A stretch of DNA of 64,000 bases from a virus. The stretch is taken from positions 64,001 to 128,000 of IMG/VR virus record IMGVR_UViG_3300043399_000524; one strand, written 5' to 3'. The notes under the pieces were generated by a model. The model was not told the origin of the DNA and ran no database searches. It saw only the letters and a list, made by a program, of their open reading frames with translations. Shown here piece by piece: positions 36,638 to 46,992 of this stretch (position 1 is its first letter; the number at the start of each line of letters is the position of its first letter). Both the position numbers and the translations under genes were made by a program.

Positions 36638-39600
36638 ATGGCACAACAGAACATTGACTTTGGTTCATTTCCAGACGATCCGTCAGCAGATGCAATAAGA
36701 ACTGCGTTTTCGAAAGTACAAAATAATTTTACACAATTGTTTGATGCAACATCCGGCGCGGCAGTTACATCGGTTAACAGAAGCCCGGGAGCAGGTATAA
36801 CAGTTAATTATCCAACTGGAAACGTAGTAGTATCTGCAAATATCGCTAATATCACAGTATCATCGCCCAACTTACTATTTGGTACTAGCTTGGGTGTTTT
36901 AGCCAGTTCTTTAATATATACATCATCTACTCAAACATTATACATTGTTGTACCCAACACCTTTAGTGTAGGTAATATAGTCGCTTCAGGTAATATTAGC
37001 GTAGGAAATACTCTCACCGTTTCAAAATCTTCCAATTTAGGTAACACTGCAACTGCCAACTATTTTATAGGTTCTGGTAATAACTTATCTAATATACAAG
37101 GGGCAAATATTTCTGGCCCAGTAGGCAGCGCTGTCACTGCACAAACAGTAACCTCAAATGCTCAACCAAATATCACATCAACAGGTACATTAATATCAGT
37201 ATCTGTATCAGGTAATGCTAACATTGGAAACATTGGTACTGTTGGAATAATTACTGCTACTGGTAATATCACGGGTGGCAATTTAATAACAGGTGGTAGT
37301 CTATCAGTTACTGGTAATTCCAACGTAGGTAATATAGGTGCAACATTATTTGTAGGTGATTTATCTAGTACCGGAAACAGTAATGTAGGTAATATAGGTG
37401 CAACATTATTTGTAGGTGATTTATCTAGCACCGGAAACAGTAATGTAGGTAATATAGGTGCAACAGGTGTATATGCTACTACAGTAAGTGCTACAGGTAA
37501 TGTAACTGCAGGTAATATTATTACTACGGGTTCAATCACAGGTTCAGGTGGTAATATATCTGGAGCTAATTATGTAATTGCTAACTATTTTAGTGGAAGT
37601 GGTAATAATCTAAGTAATATTCAAGCATCAAATATCACCGGTACAATCGCAAATGCAAACTATTCCTTATATGCAGGTACAGTTCTAACAAATTCTCAAC
37701 CAAATATAACTAGCGTTGGTACATTAACATCATTATCAGTTTCAGGTAATGCCAATATTGGTAATGTAGGGGCAACCTTATTTGTAGGTAACTTGACTGG
37801 TACTGGGAACAGTAATGTTGGTAATTTAGATGTGATCGGAGTATATGCGGTCACACTAAGTGCTACAGGAAACGCCAATGTAGGCAACATAGGTGCAACA
37901 TATTTAATCGGCAATTTATTCAGTGTCGGGGATAGTAATGCTAACAATCTAGCTGCTAGCGGGTTTATTTCAGCGAATGGTAATATCACCGGTGGTAATT
38001 TAATAACAAGCGGTAATTTATCTGTTACAGGAAATGCTAATATTGGTAATGTTGGTGCAACATTATTTGTAGGTAATTTGAGTGGTACTGGAAACAGTAA
38101 TGTAGGTAATATAGGTGCTACCGGTGTATATACTACCACGTTAAGTGCTACGGGTAATGTAACTGCAGGTAATATTGATATCACAGGTTCAATCACAGGT
38201 TCAGGTGGTAATATATCTGGTGCTAATTATGTAATTGCTAACTATTTTAGTGGAAGTGGTAATAATCTAAGCAATATCCAAGCATCAAACATAACAGGCG
38301 TTATCGCAAACGCAAATTATTCTTTATATGCAGGTACCGTCATTACTGCCTCGCAACCAAATATCACTAGTGTAGGTACATTAACATCATTGTCAGTTTC
38401 AGGTAATGCCAATATTAGTAATATTGTAGGTGGCAATCTAGTAACAAGTGGTTTGATTACTACTACTGGTAATATCAATGGTGGAAATTTATCAATAACA
38501 GGAAATACAAATTTAAATAATTTATCAGTATCTGGTAATCTGACTGCCGGAAGTATTATTATTGATAGCATTGTTAATGGAACCAGTAATGTTGATATTA
38601 CAAATCCTAACGGTAACATTACGATGGGTGTCAGTGGTATTCCTAATATATTTACAGCTACTAGCACCGGTATTGTTATAACAGGAACATTAACTGCTAG
38701 TGGCAACAGCAATGTAGCTAATTTAGAGGCTACCGGTTCAATTACCGGTGCTAATGTTATTGGTGGTAATTTAATATCAACTGGTATTTTATCGGTTACA
38801 GGAAATGCTAATATTGGTAATGTCAGTGCAACATTATTTGTTGGTAATTTATCAAGTACTGGTAATAGTAACATAGGTAATTTAAGTGCTAGTGGATACA
38901 TAACTGCCTTTGGTAATATTTCCGGTGGTAACTTAATAACAAGCGGTAACTTATCTGTTACTGGCAATAGTAACATAGGTAACATAAATGCTACTCAAAT
39001 TAATGCTACAGCAAATATTACTGCACCGCAATTAATTTCAAATGTAACTACTGGCACTCCTCCCTTAATAGTCACATCAACAACTCAAGTTGCTAACTTA
39101 AATGTTGCAACTGCAGGAGCAGCTACGACAGCTGGCACAGTTACAACAGCCGCACAACCTAATATAACTAGTTTAGGTACCCTAACTGAGTTAACAAGTA
39201 CAGGAAATATTAATTTTAATGGTGCTTCAAACATATCCTTAGCAAATGCCAATGTACTACGAATAGGTGGCGGCAGCCTAAACACAGTATTGATAAGTGA
39301 TGGTACGGGTGGAGTAAATTGGGGATCATACTCAGGTTTACCGATTGGTGGATCCAATACTCAAATTCAATTTAATGATGTCGGACTTTTCCAAGGCTCT
39401 GCAAATCTCACATTTAATAAAACAACAAACACATTATCTGCAACAAACATTACATCTAGTACTTTAAGTGCTACCGGAAATGCCAATGTAGGTAATTTGG
39501 GTAGTATAGGTACTATTATTGCTCAAGGAAATATAAATGCCGGCAACTTAGGAACCGGTGGTTCACTAACAGTCACAGGAACGGCAAATGTAGGTAATTT

Positions 39601-40198
39601 AAACTCATTGGGATCGTTGTCCGTCGCCGGTATAAGTAACCTTGGTGTAGTAGGAAACGTATACATCTCAGGTGGTGTTAATGGATATGTGTTGAGCACT
39701 GATGGGTCTGGTAACTTAAGTTGGGTAGCACAATCCGGTGGCGCATCAATTACAGTAACTAACGATACTACTACAAACAGTGATTTATTTTATCCCTCTT
39801 TGGCAACAGCAACATCAGGTAATTTAACTGGGGTCACAGTTTCAAGTACAAATATGTATTTCAATCCCTTTACAGGACAACTAAACGCTGTTAACTTTAA
39901 TTCATTATCAGACGAGAATAGAAAAGCAAATATTACAATTATCACTGATTCACTAAACAAAATAATGGAATTAAAGGGAGTTACTTTTAATTTTATTGAC
40001 AGCAATGAACCTAGCGCAGGCCTGTTAGCGCAGGACATTCAAAAAGTATTACCGGAAGCTGTTAAATACACAAAAGAAACGGATACACTAAGCGTTAACT
40101 ACAACGGAGTAATAGGAATGTTAGTCGAGGCAGTAAAAGAATTAGTATCTAAAGTTAATATCCTTGAAACTAGATTGAAGGAGAATGGAATACAATGA
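36638..40198 (+). CDS. Long tail fibre with C-terminal S74 intramolecular chaperone
   Basis: G/N-rich repeats; SLS|DENRK...LKGVTF...GLLAQD...PEAV...VNYNGVIGMLVEAVKEL. Confidence 0.88.
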   Translation: MAQQNIDFGSFPDDPSADAIRTAFSKVQNNFTQLFDATSGAAVTSVNRSPGAGITVNYPTGNVVVSANIANITVSSPNLLFGTSLGVLASSLIYTSSTQTLYIVVPNTFSVGNIVASGNISVGNTLTVSKSSNLGNTATANYFIGSGNNLSNIQGANISGPVGSAVTAQTVTSNAQPNITSTGTLISVSVSGNANIGNIGTVGIITATGNITGGNLITGGSLSVTGNSNVGNIGATLFVGDLSSTGNSNVGNIGATLFVGDLSSTGNSNVGNIGATGVYATTVSATGNVTAGNIITTGSITGSGGNISGANYVIANYFSGSGNNLSNIQASNITGTIANANYSLYAGTVLTNSQPNITSVGTLTSLSVSGNANIGNVGATLFVGNLTGTGNSNVGNLDVIGVYAVTLSATGNANVGNIGATYLIGNLFSVGDSNANNLAASGFISANGNITGGNLITSGNLSVTGNANIGNVGATLFVGNLSGTGNSNVGNIGATGVYTTTLSATGNVTAGNIDITGSITGSGGNISGANYVIANYFSGSGNNLSNIQASNITGVIANANYSLYAGTVITASQPNITSVGTLTSLSVSGNANISNIVGGNLVTSGLITTTGNINGGNLSITGNTNLNNLSVSGNLTAGSIIIDSIVNGTSNVDITNPNGNITMGVSGIPNIFTATSTGIVITGTLTASGNSNVANLEATGSITGANVIGGNLISTGILSVTGNANIGNVSATLFVGNLSSTGNSNIGNLSASGYITAFGNISGGNLITSGNLSVTGNSNIGNINATQINATANITAPQLISNVTTGTPPLIVTSTTQVANLNVATAGAATTAGTVTTAAQPNITSLGTLTELTSTGNINFNGASNISLANANVLRIGGGSLNTVLISDGTGGVNWGSYSGLPIGGSNTQIQFNDVGLFQGSANLTFNKTTNTLSATNITSSTLSATGNANVGNLGSIGTIIAQGNINAGNLGTGGSLTVTGTANVGNLNSLGSLSVAGISNLGVVGNVYISGGVNGYVLSTDGSGNLSWVAQSGGASITVTNDTTTNSDLFYPSLATATSGNLTGVTVSSTNMYFNPFTGQLNAVNFNSLSDENRKANITIITDSLNKIMELKGVTFNFIDSNEPSAGLLAQDIQKVLPEAVKYTKETDTLSVNYNGVIGMLVEAVKELVSKVNILETRLKENGIQ
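37318..37465 (+). repeat. 60-bp (20 aa) tandem repeat, about 2.5 copies
   Basis: AA(C/T)GTAGGTAATATAGGTGCAACA recurs at 37322, 37382 and 37442. Confidence 0.9.
37440..38420 (+). repeat. 657-bp-offset internal duplication in the fibre gene
   Basis: Near-identical blocks GTAACTGCAGGTAATATT...GGTTCAATCACAGGTTCAGGTGGTAATATATCTGG...GGAAGTGGTAATAATCTAAG at 37502 and 38159. Confidence 0.88.
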
Positions 40199-40818
40199 TT
40201 ACACTAGAATTATTACAGGCAATGTGCCCTAAAACAAGAAAGTCAGTTTTAGAAGGTTATATTGAACCTCTTAATACTGTAGCAGAATATTATGACATGT
40301 TTGAAAATCCAAAGCGTGTTGCGGGATTTTTAGCACAAATTGCACATGAGTCAGGTGGATTCAATGCTGTAGTTGAAAATTTAAATTATTCTGCTAAAGG
40401 TCTAATGACCATATTTAAAAAATATTTTCCTACAGAAGAACTTGCAAAACAGTATGAACGTAAGCCTGAAAAGATTGCTAATCGTGTTTATGCTAATCGC
40501 ATGAGTAATGGTGATGAAGCAAGCGGAGATGGTTGGAAATTTAGAGGTCGTGGATTGATTCAATTGACAGGTAGAGCAAATTATACAAAGTTTGCACAAG
40601 ATTTAGACATGTCTATAGAAGATACAATAGCATATTTAGAAACACCTAACGGTGCTGTAGCAAGCGCAGGATGGTTTTGGGATAATAACAAATTGAATCA
40701 ATTTTGTGATAGGGATGATTTTGTTACGTTGACAAAACGTATAAACGGTGGTACTATTGGTCTTGCCGATAGACAACATCATTATCATATAGCACTACAA
40801 CATTTAGGCGCACATTAA
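40195..40818 (+). CDS. Glycoside hydrolase family 19 endolysin
   Basis: FLAQIAHESGG, ENLNYS, FRGRGLIQLTGRANY, SAGWFW, TKRINGG..GL.DR. Confidence 0.93.
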   Translation: MITLELLQAMCPKTRKSVLEGYIEPLNTVAEYYDMFENPKRVAGFLAQIAHESGGFNAVVENLNYSAKGLMTIFKKYFPTEELAKQYERKPEKIANRVYANRMSNGDEASGDGWKFRGRGLIQLTGRANYTKFAQDLDMSIEDTIAYLETPNGAVASAGWFWDNNKLNQFCDRDDFVTLTKRINGGTIGLADRQHHYHIALQHLGAH

Positions 40819-40819
40819 T

Positions 40820-43318
40820 ATGGCACAACCAATATGGAATACCGCTGCAGGATTTATAGGTAGTTTTCCTGCGTCAATTTACACTACATTTCAGTTAAGT
40901 GCCAGTCCAGTGTTACCTGCAGTATCTCTAACTTATACATTAATTAGCGGATCATTACCTAGCGGAATGACTATTGATTCTAATGGATTAATCAGTGGGA
41001 CCCCCGGTATTGTTACTACCAACATAACTTCAACTTTTGCTGTTAGGGTCATTGATAATTTAGGAAATTTAAGAGATAGAACCTTTGACATGACCATTAC
41101 AGGTTCTGCTATCCCGCAATTTGTTACACCAAACGGTAGTATATTGACAACGCCCGATAGCATATGGGTTGAAAACCCAATTGCATATAGTAATCCTAAA
41201 TCAGATAACCCGGTAATAATTCAAGTAAAAGAAGGATCGTTGCCTCCTGGTCTAGAAATAGACACTTTGGGTATCATCAGAGGTTACGCCGATCCTCCAG
41301 TGTTAGTGACTACACAATCTTTAGTTACAACAACTGCATTCCTGACCGCAAATTCCAACAATTCAATAACAGTTGGATCCACTACAGGATTTACTGTTGG
41401 TAGACCGATTGTTTTTAGTGGATCAACTTTTGGGAACATAAACGCTAACGTGACTTACTATATCAAATCTATATTGAATAGTACAACATTTACAATAACC
41501 GATACACAAAACGGGCCTACATACGTATTAACAGACGGTAATGGATCAATGCTAGTTACGTTACCTGCTGTCTCTACTGGAAATCCAGTAATTAGAACAT
41601 ATTCATTTACATTAGAATTATCTAGTCCTTTAGGGACTGACACCGCTGAATACTCTATAACTGTTATAAATCAAAATACTCCGTTCACGCAAGGCAACCC
41701 CAATCCGCAGCCACCAAACAGTAGATTACCGGTATTGTTTAACACAAGACCGCCAACATATGACATTAATGATACCGATCCATATTATGGGTACTACATA
41801 TTACCACCAGTATCTCCTATACAATCAGCCAATATGGGAAATTTTAAAAGCGGAGAATATTTTTCATTTAAAATGATAGGACATGATTTTGATGGTAGCC
41901 CAATTAAATACTCATATAGTGATTTGCCAATGGAATTGACTGGTGATGTTGATACCGGTTGGATAACAGGAAATCCGTCATTGTCAACTGATGGACTTAG
42001 TAACTACAGTTTTAGAGTAGGCGTGTATAAAGCAGATGCACCAGAATATGCAAGCCCGTTCTATAACTTTAATTTCACATTACAGCGCAATATCACTGGA
42101 GAAATTATTTGGATTACAGGTAGTGATTTAGGACAAATATTAAATGGAACCATAAGCACACTATTTGTTAAGGCTACCAGTGATGTAGAATTAAGTTATG
42201 CGGTTGTATCTGGAAGTTTACCACCTAATTTAACTTTATCTAGTAACGGAGAAATTATAGGAAGAGTAGCAGATCAACCAACAGATAACTATTTAAATCC
42301 CGGAGATACTAGTAGTTATACTTTTACTATACAGGCTTACTCTACCATATATCCTTCTATAGTTTCTGAAAAAACATTTACAGTGACAGTATTGCAAGAG
42401 TTTGAGCAACCAACAGATATTCTATATATTAAGGCTGCGCCTCCTGTTTTTGATAGAATTATATTAGAACAATTATTAACAGATGAAACAATAATACCTA
42501 CAAATTATTTATATAGACCGGATGACCAGTATTTTGGCAAGGCGACAAGTGTGATATACGAACATGCGTATGGTATATATGCAAGTGACATACAACAATA
42601 TTTGGCTGCAGTAACTAGAAATCACTATTGGCGTTATTTAACTTTAGGAGAGTTAAAAACTGCTATTGCTAGAAATGATACAGGCGATATCATATATGAA
42701 GTTGTATACAGTGAGGTAATTGATAATTTAGTAAATCCTCAAGGTGTAAGCATACAAACTCCAATAGTATGGCCTAGAAAAATAGATTTAGGATTGGGTC
42801 CCTGGTATACTAGCATGACTGATATATATACAAGTTATGTAGAAATTTTGGGACAACAATTTTATACTAGTTTAACTCCTGGCTATGCAAGGATATTATA
42901 TCCAAATAGTTTATACAACATGCGAAATAGAGTTGCTAATGTATTGGGGCAAGAATACAACAGTAAACTTTTACCACTATGGATGACTAGTCAACAAATA
43001 AACGGTAACACATTGGGGTATACGCAGGCTTGGGTCATAGCTTACACTAAACCTGGCTATAGTGAAATAGTAAAAAACAATATTCAAACTAAATGGAAGG
43101 ATCCTGTTGGAAATCCATATACATTAAATTTAATTAATTTTCAAATTGATAGGTTTACTGTAGATAAATCAGCAACATATAATTATGATAACAACACCGA
43201 TCCTGATGCCTGGACTGGGCTTCCTAGTGCAGACCCTGCTCCGAATCCATTAGATAGTAAAGATTTTTATGTCTTATTCCCAAGACAAACTATTTTACCG
43301 GATGAAACCCAATACTAA
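40820..43318 (+). CDS. Virion protein with multiple Ig-like (putative Ig) domains
   Basis: Repeated SGSLPxG(M/L)T...GxIxGxP...F.V motifs. Confidence 0.75.
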   Translation: MAQPIWNTAAGFIGSFPASIYTTFQLSASPVLPAVSLTYTLISGSLPSGMTIDSNGLISGTPGIVTTNITSTFAVRVIDNLGNLRDRTFDMTITGSAIPQFVTPNGSILTTPDSIWVENPIAYSNPKSDNPVIIQVKEGSLPPGLEIDTLGIIRGYADPPVLVTTQSLVTTTAFLTANSNNSITVGSTTGFTVGRPIVFSGSTFGNINANVTYYIKSILNSTTFTITDTQNGPTYVLTDGNGSMLVTLPAVSTGNPVIRTYSFTLELSSPLGTDTAEYSITVINQNTPFTQGNPNPQPPNSRLPVLFNTRPPTYDINDTDPYYGYYILPPVSPIQSANMGNFKSGEYFSFKMIGHDFDGSPIKYSYSDLPMELTGDVDTGWITGNPSLSTDGLSNYSFRVGVYKADAPEYASPFYNFNFTLQRNITGEIIWITGSDLGQILNGTISTLFVKATSDVELSYAVVSGSLPPNLTLSSNGEIIGRVADQPTDNYLNPGDTSSYTFTIQAYSTIYPSIVSEKTFTVTVLQEFEQPTDILYIKAAPPVFDRIILEQLLTDETIIPTNYLYRPDDQYFGKATSVIYEHAYGIYASDIQQYLAAVTRNHYWRYLTLGELKTAIARNDTGDIIYEVVYSEVIDNLVNPQGVSIQTPIVWPRKIDLGLGPWYTSMTDIYTSYVEILGQQFYTSLTPGYARILYPNSLYNMRNRVANVLGQEYNSKLLPLWMTSQQINGNTLGYTQAWVIAYTKPGYSEIVKNNIQTKWKDPVGNPYTLNLINFQIDRFTVDKSATYNYDNNTDPDAWTGLPSADPAPNPLDSKDFYVLFPRQTILPDETQY

Positions 43319-43340
43319 ATAATAGACGGAACGAATAACT

Positions 43341-45137
43341 ATGACAAGCGCAATTAACACGAATGGAATAAATGTAAATTATCCAGTACCAGGTATCAAT
43401 AATAGTTCTCAGGGTTTCAGAGATAACTTTGCTGCCATAAAAACTGACTTGAACACTGCTGCAACTGAAATAACAGATTTACAAAATAATGTTGTATTGA
43501 AACAAGCATTAAGTGGTACTACCCTTAATAACGATATGGCTAACACATTGATTAGCAATGCTGTTACCCGCGGATTCAGAGCTAGTACATTTAACTTAGG
43601 TAATGCTATTTCAGGAACATTAATAGTTAATGCTAGTTTAGGCGATGTGCAGTATGGTTCAATAACTGGAAATACTACTATTCAATTTACCGGTTGGGCA
43701 CCTTCGGGTACACAAAGTAATGTAGAATTGCAATTGTCCGTAGCTAACAATTTAGCAGTTATATCATTGCCAACACAAGTATCAATGGACGGTGGCTATG
43801 GAATTGAAACAGTTGAAAACTTTTCAAATGTTTCTGGTACGCCCACACTAACGATTCCATATGGTGCTACCCGTGTGGATTATTGTTTTAGCACTATAGA
43901 CTGTGGTAACACAATAACTATTGAAAATTACAATAGACCTAGACAGACCACACAAATTCAACAAAGAATTCCTAGTCCTATAGGTAGACAAGGGGATGTA
44001 AACGGCACTGTTTGCGTAGATACTGCCACATCTACTGCTTTTGCTACTTGTACTTCAACTAATGGTACTTATGAAATAATAACTTGCGATAGCACTGCAG
44101 GATTTTATTTAGATATGCCTATACAGTTTTCAGGTGTAGTTTTTGGTGGAGTTACTGCGGGAACTGTATATTATGTTCGAAGCATCCCGAGTTCGACAAC
44201 GTTTACTATATCTTCTGTACCGGGAACAAATTCAGGACCAGCAAGTGCGTTTAATTTAACGTCAGCTAGTGGATCAATGACAGTATCACCGGTGAGTTAT
44301 ATTTATGTTGCGACAGGAACATATGATGGTACTACTATAACAAAGTCTGTAACTTCCACCAATGTAGTGACAAATACAGTAACCTCAACAAACACAGCTT
44401 CCACTGGTAATCTTATTACTGTGTCAAGTACTGCTAACTTTGTCATTGGATATCCGGTATCGTTTTCTGGAACAACAACTAATGCTACTGCGACAGCTAC
44501 ATATGCAACAAGTAATGTTATAACTGTATCTACTACTGCAGGAATGATATCAGGAGGAAGAATTACATTTTCAGGAAGTGTTTTTGGTAATTTATCCGCC
44601 ACAACATATTACATAAAAAACATATATCCCGGTAACTCTAATATTACTGTAAGTACAACATTTGGTGGTGCAAATGTAGCACTAACTTCTGCTACTGGAA
44701 CTGCTAATATAACATATGGTAATATAATGGGAAATTTATCGACTACTACAAATTATTTTGTACAAAGCATTCCTTCAGGTACAACGTTTACTGTTTGTGC
44801 TAATACTCCTGGCGGAGCACCGGTGGCATTACTAGATGAAAATGGATCGATGCAAGTCACTGCTGTAACGAATTATAATGTAACATTAAACAGTACAACC
44901 AGTATTGCCAATAATAATCCAATAGTTTTTGAAGGTAATGTGTTTGGCGGAATAGCAGCTAACACTGTTTACTACGTTGCTAATGTAGAAAGCGGTACTA
45001 ATATCACAGTATCACAGACCAGATATAATGGTATTGCCGGGCAAAAAATGGCACTAAGTGCTGCTAATGGTACTGCAAGCATGACAGCGTATCAGGGAAC
45101 CAGTATTTGGAAAAGAACTCAATTAAGTTCTTGGTAA
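43341..45137 (+). CDS. Virion protein with four beta-sandwich repeats
   Basis: Repeated P(I/V)xFxGxxFGxxxxxTxYYVxxIxSxTxFTV motif. Confidence 0.75.
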   Translation: MTSAINTNGINVNYPVPGINNSSQGFRDNFAAIKTDLNTAATEITDLQNNVVLKQALSGTTLNNDMANTLISNAVTRGFRASTFNLGNAISGTLIVNASLGDVQYGSITGNTTIQFTGWAPSGTQSNVELQLSVANNLAVISLPTQVSMDGGYGIETVENFSNVSGTPTLTIPYGATRVDYCFSTIDCGNTITIENYNRPRQTTQIQQRIPSPIGRQGDVNGTVCVDTATSTAFATCTSTNGTYEIITCDSTAGFYLDMPIQFSGVVFGGVTAGTVYYVRSIPSSTTFTISSVPGTNSGPASAFNLTSASGSMTVSPVSYIYVATGTYDGTTITKSVTSTNVVTNTVTSTNTASTGNLITVSSTANFVIGYPVSFSGTTTNATATATYATSNVITVSTTAGMISGGRITFSGSVFGNLSATTYYIKNIYPGNSNITVSTTFGGANVALTSATGTANITYGNIMGNLSTTTNYFVQSIPSGTTFTVCANTPGGAPVALLDENGSMQVTAVTNYNVTLNSTTSIANNNPIVFEGNVFGGIAANTVYYVANVESGTNITVSQTRYNGIAGQKMALSAANGTASMTAYQGTSIWKRTQLSSW

Positions 45138-45148
45138 TAAATATTAGG

Positions 45149-45403
45149 ATGCAACACCCATTCATCACTAGCCTAAACGACAAGTCTTTAGATGAATTGT
45201 CCACGGCTCTAACTGACTTAACCAAAAAATTGAATTTTGCTTATAGGTCTCAAAATGGACCTATGATTCATCAATTGCAAATGATTCTAGAAAGCTATAA
45301 AGCAGAATACAATAAAAAAATGGATGAGCTTATGAAAAAACAAAACATAAGAACAGCAGTCAAGGTCGAAAAAGAAGGTGAAATTAGTTCCAAAAATTCT
45401 TGA
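45149..45403 (+). CDS. Small helical late protein (leaderless start)
   Basis: TAAATA 45138 + 5 nt + ATG 45149. Confidence 0.65.
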   Translation: MQHPFITSLNDKSLDELSTALTDLTKKLNFAYRSQNGPMIHQLQMILESYKAEYNKKMDELMKKQNIRTAVKVEKEGEISSKNS

Positions 45404-45428
45404 TATTTTCTATGTAATGTTGTAAACT
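45400..45428 (+). promoter_or_regulatory. sigma70-type promoter; predicted +1 coincides with the ATG
   Basis: TTGATA-17-TAAACT; ATG 45435 is 7 nt downstream; no SD. Confidence 0.7.
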
Positions 45429-45434
45429 CATAAT

Positions 45435-45941
45435 ATGAGAACTGACATATACGGGCAACAAATCTATGATGAAATGGAGCTATGCTTACTGTATCTGCAG
45501 GATCCCTCACGTAAACTAAAAAAAGTTTTCGTAGAAAAAGAAATCAAGTTTGACGATACCCTACAACTACAAAACATCCCCGAACTTATAAAATACAACA
45601 GTAACAACATTTCTATAGAAGAATTTGACACTATAAATCAAAATAATTGGTTTATGCCCGAAGAATATAAATCAATGGACATAGCCAAATTTGTATTAGA
45701 CCAATGCAAAAATGAAGCAGAATTGCAAAGGGCAGGCGAAGAACTGTTGTTGTTTCAAGAAAGGAACATGTTTACATTGTTGTGCTACTTAAAATATTTG
45801 GTAGATACAATGCGTAAAAATAATATTGTCTGGGGTGTCGGGCGAGGATCGAGTGTTGCTAGTTTCGTATTATTTTTGTTGGGGGTACACCGTATAAATA
45901 GTTTGTATTACGACTTGTCTATCGCTGAATTCTTAAAATAA
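45435..45941 (+). CDS. dnaE: Family-C DNA polymerase (DnaE) N-terminal palm half of a split enzyme
   Basis: R..EEL, L.YLKYLVD.MR, WGVGRGSSVASFVLFLLGVHRINSLYYDLSIAEFLK* (E. coli [34 protein letters not shown]). Confidence 0.85.
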   Translation: MRTDIYGQQIYDEMELCLLYLQDPSRKLKKVFVEKEIKFDDTLQLQNIPELIKYNSNNISIEEFDTINQNNWFMPEEYKSMDIAKFVLDQCKNEAELQRAGEELLLFQERNMFTLLCYLKYLVDTMRKNNIVWGVGRGSSVASFVLFLLGVHRINSLYYDLSIAEFLK

Positions 45942-45950
45942 GGAGAAATT

Positions 45951-46292
45951 ATGAAAAATTACAGAACCGCAATGGGAAAAACTGTAGATATGGCTGCATT
46001 AGCAGCAAAAAACGAACATACTAGAGCCGTGGGTAATATGAAAGTAAATGCCCGAGGTGACAAAATTGATAGCACCGGACGAGTCATACAACCAGTAAAC
46101 GAGCGTGTAACACAAAATTATTCTCACACTGTAGGTAATAGGTCAGCGAATGCTAGTCGTACCCAATCAACTCCGCCCAAACCTAAAATTGTAGAAGAAC
46201 TTACTCCTCAAGAACTTGAGTTGGAAGACAGCCTAGAGGATGATTTAGAAGTTGAGAAAATTAAAGCACAGGAACTAAAAGGAAAGAAATGA
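45951..46292 (+). CDS. Hypothetical protein
   Basis: SD AAGGAG; VGNMKVNARGD. Confidence 0.75.
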   Translation: MKNYRTAMGKTVDMAALAAKNEHTRAVGNMKVNARGDKIDSTGRVIQPVNERVTQNYSHTVGNRSANASRTQSTPPKPKIVEELTPQELELEDSLEDDLEVEKIKAQELKGKK

Positions 46293-46669
46293 GCGAATAT
46301 TCTAAACCAGCATTCAGTCCCACGAAAGTAGACAAATTACGGTTCATGTACGACAACATTATTGTTTCGGATATGAAATTTGATGAACGCATCAGTCGAG
46401 GAGGTATCGTTCTTTTGGACGATGACAAGAAAAGTTCTGGTATTCGCCCTCGTTGGGCAAAGATTTATGGTTTGGGTCCTGATGTAAAAGATCCACAACT
46501 TGAAATTGGGAAATATATTCTTATCAGTCACGGTCGTTGGACACGAGGTATCACTGTTGAAACTCCAGAGGGCAAAGTCACGTTGCGTAAAGTAGATCCT
46601 AATGATATACTACTTGTGTCGGATGAGCCGATGGAAGATGAAACAATGAGTGATAAGGTTATAGCATGA
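46289..46669 (+). CDS. groES: GroES-like co-chaperonin
   Basis: DNIIV...SRGGIVL...A.I..LGP...IGKYILIS...V...DILLV. Confidence 0.8.
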   Translation: MSEYSKPAFSPTKVDKLRFMYDNIIVSDMKFDERISRGGIVLLDDDKKSSGIRPRWAKIYGLGPDVKDPQLEIGKYILISHGRWTRGITVETPEGKVTLRKVDPNDILLVSDEPMEDETMSDKVIA

Positions 46670-46992
46670 TGAAATGGTTTTATAGATGGTTGGCTAGCAA
46701 GATTCAAGACAGTCAATATGCTGACGAGGAAGCACAAAATATCGGACTAATAATTGGTTCAAATAAAGTAAATAGAGTACGCAAAACTACCACCGTCCGT
46801 GAAAGTGATGAACTTGGCTCTGAACCAATTGTATTCAAAATGTTCAAAGCAAGTGGTGGCTGGGCTATTGAGTTCAGACATTATGATAACAGAAATGACA
46901 GGGTAGATACCAATCTTTATGTTGTCAATGATGAAGAAGAACTTGGTAGTCATATTTCTAAAATTATTACTATGGAGGCATTAAAAAGATGA
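46666..46992 (+). CDS. Hypothetical protein
   Basis: 108 aa, ATGA overlaps on both sides. Confidence 0.7.
   Translation: MMKWFYRWLASKIQDSQYADEEAQNIGLIIGSNKVNRVRKTTTVRESDELGSEPIVFKMFKASGGWAIEFRHYDNRNDRVDTNLYVVNDEEELGSHISKIITMEALKR

Noticed and set aside
36638-40198. Diversity-generating retroelement (TR/VR pair) in the fibre duplications
   Set aside because: Both copies are in-frame coding, differences are mostly synonymous and not adenine-specific, and no reverse transcriptase lies in the window
1514-45941. Split intein or trans-splicing explanation for the two DnaE halves
   Set aside because: The N-half ends at EFLK* with no IntN (Cys/Ser-initiated) extension, and the C-half has no IntC ending in HN-C/S/T; no intron-like sequence flanks either gene
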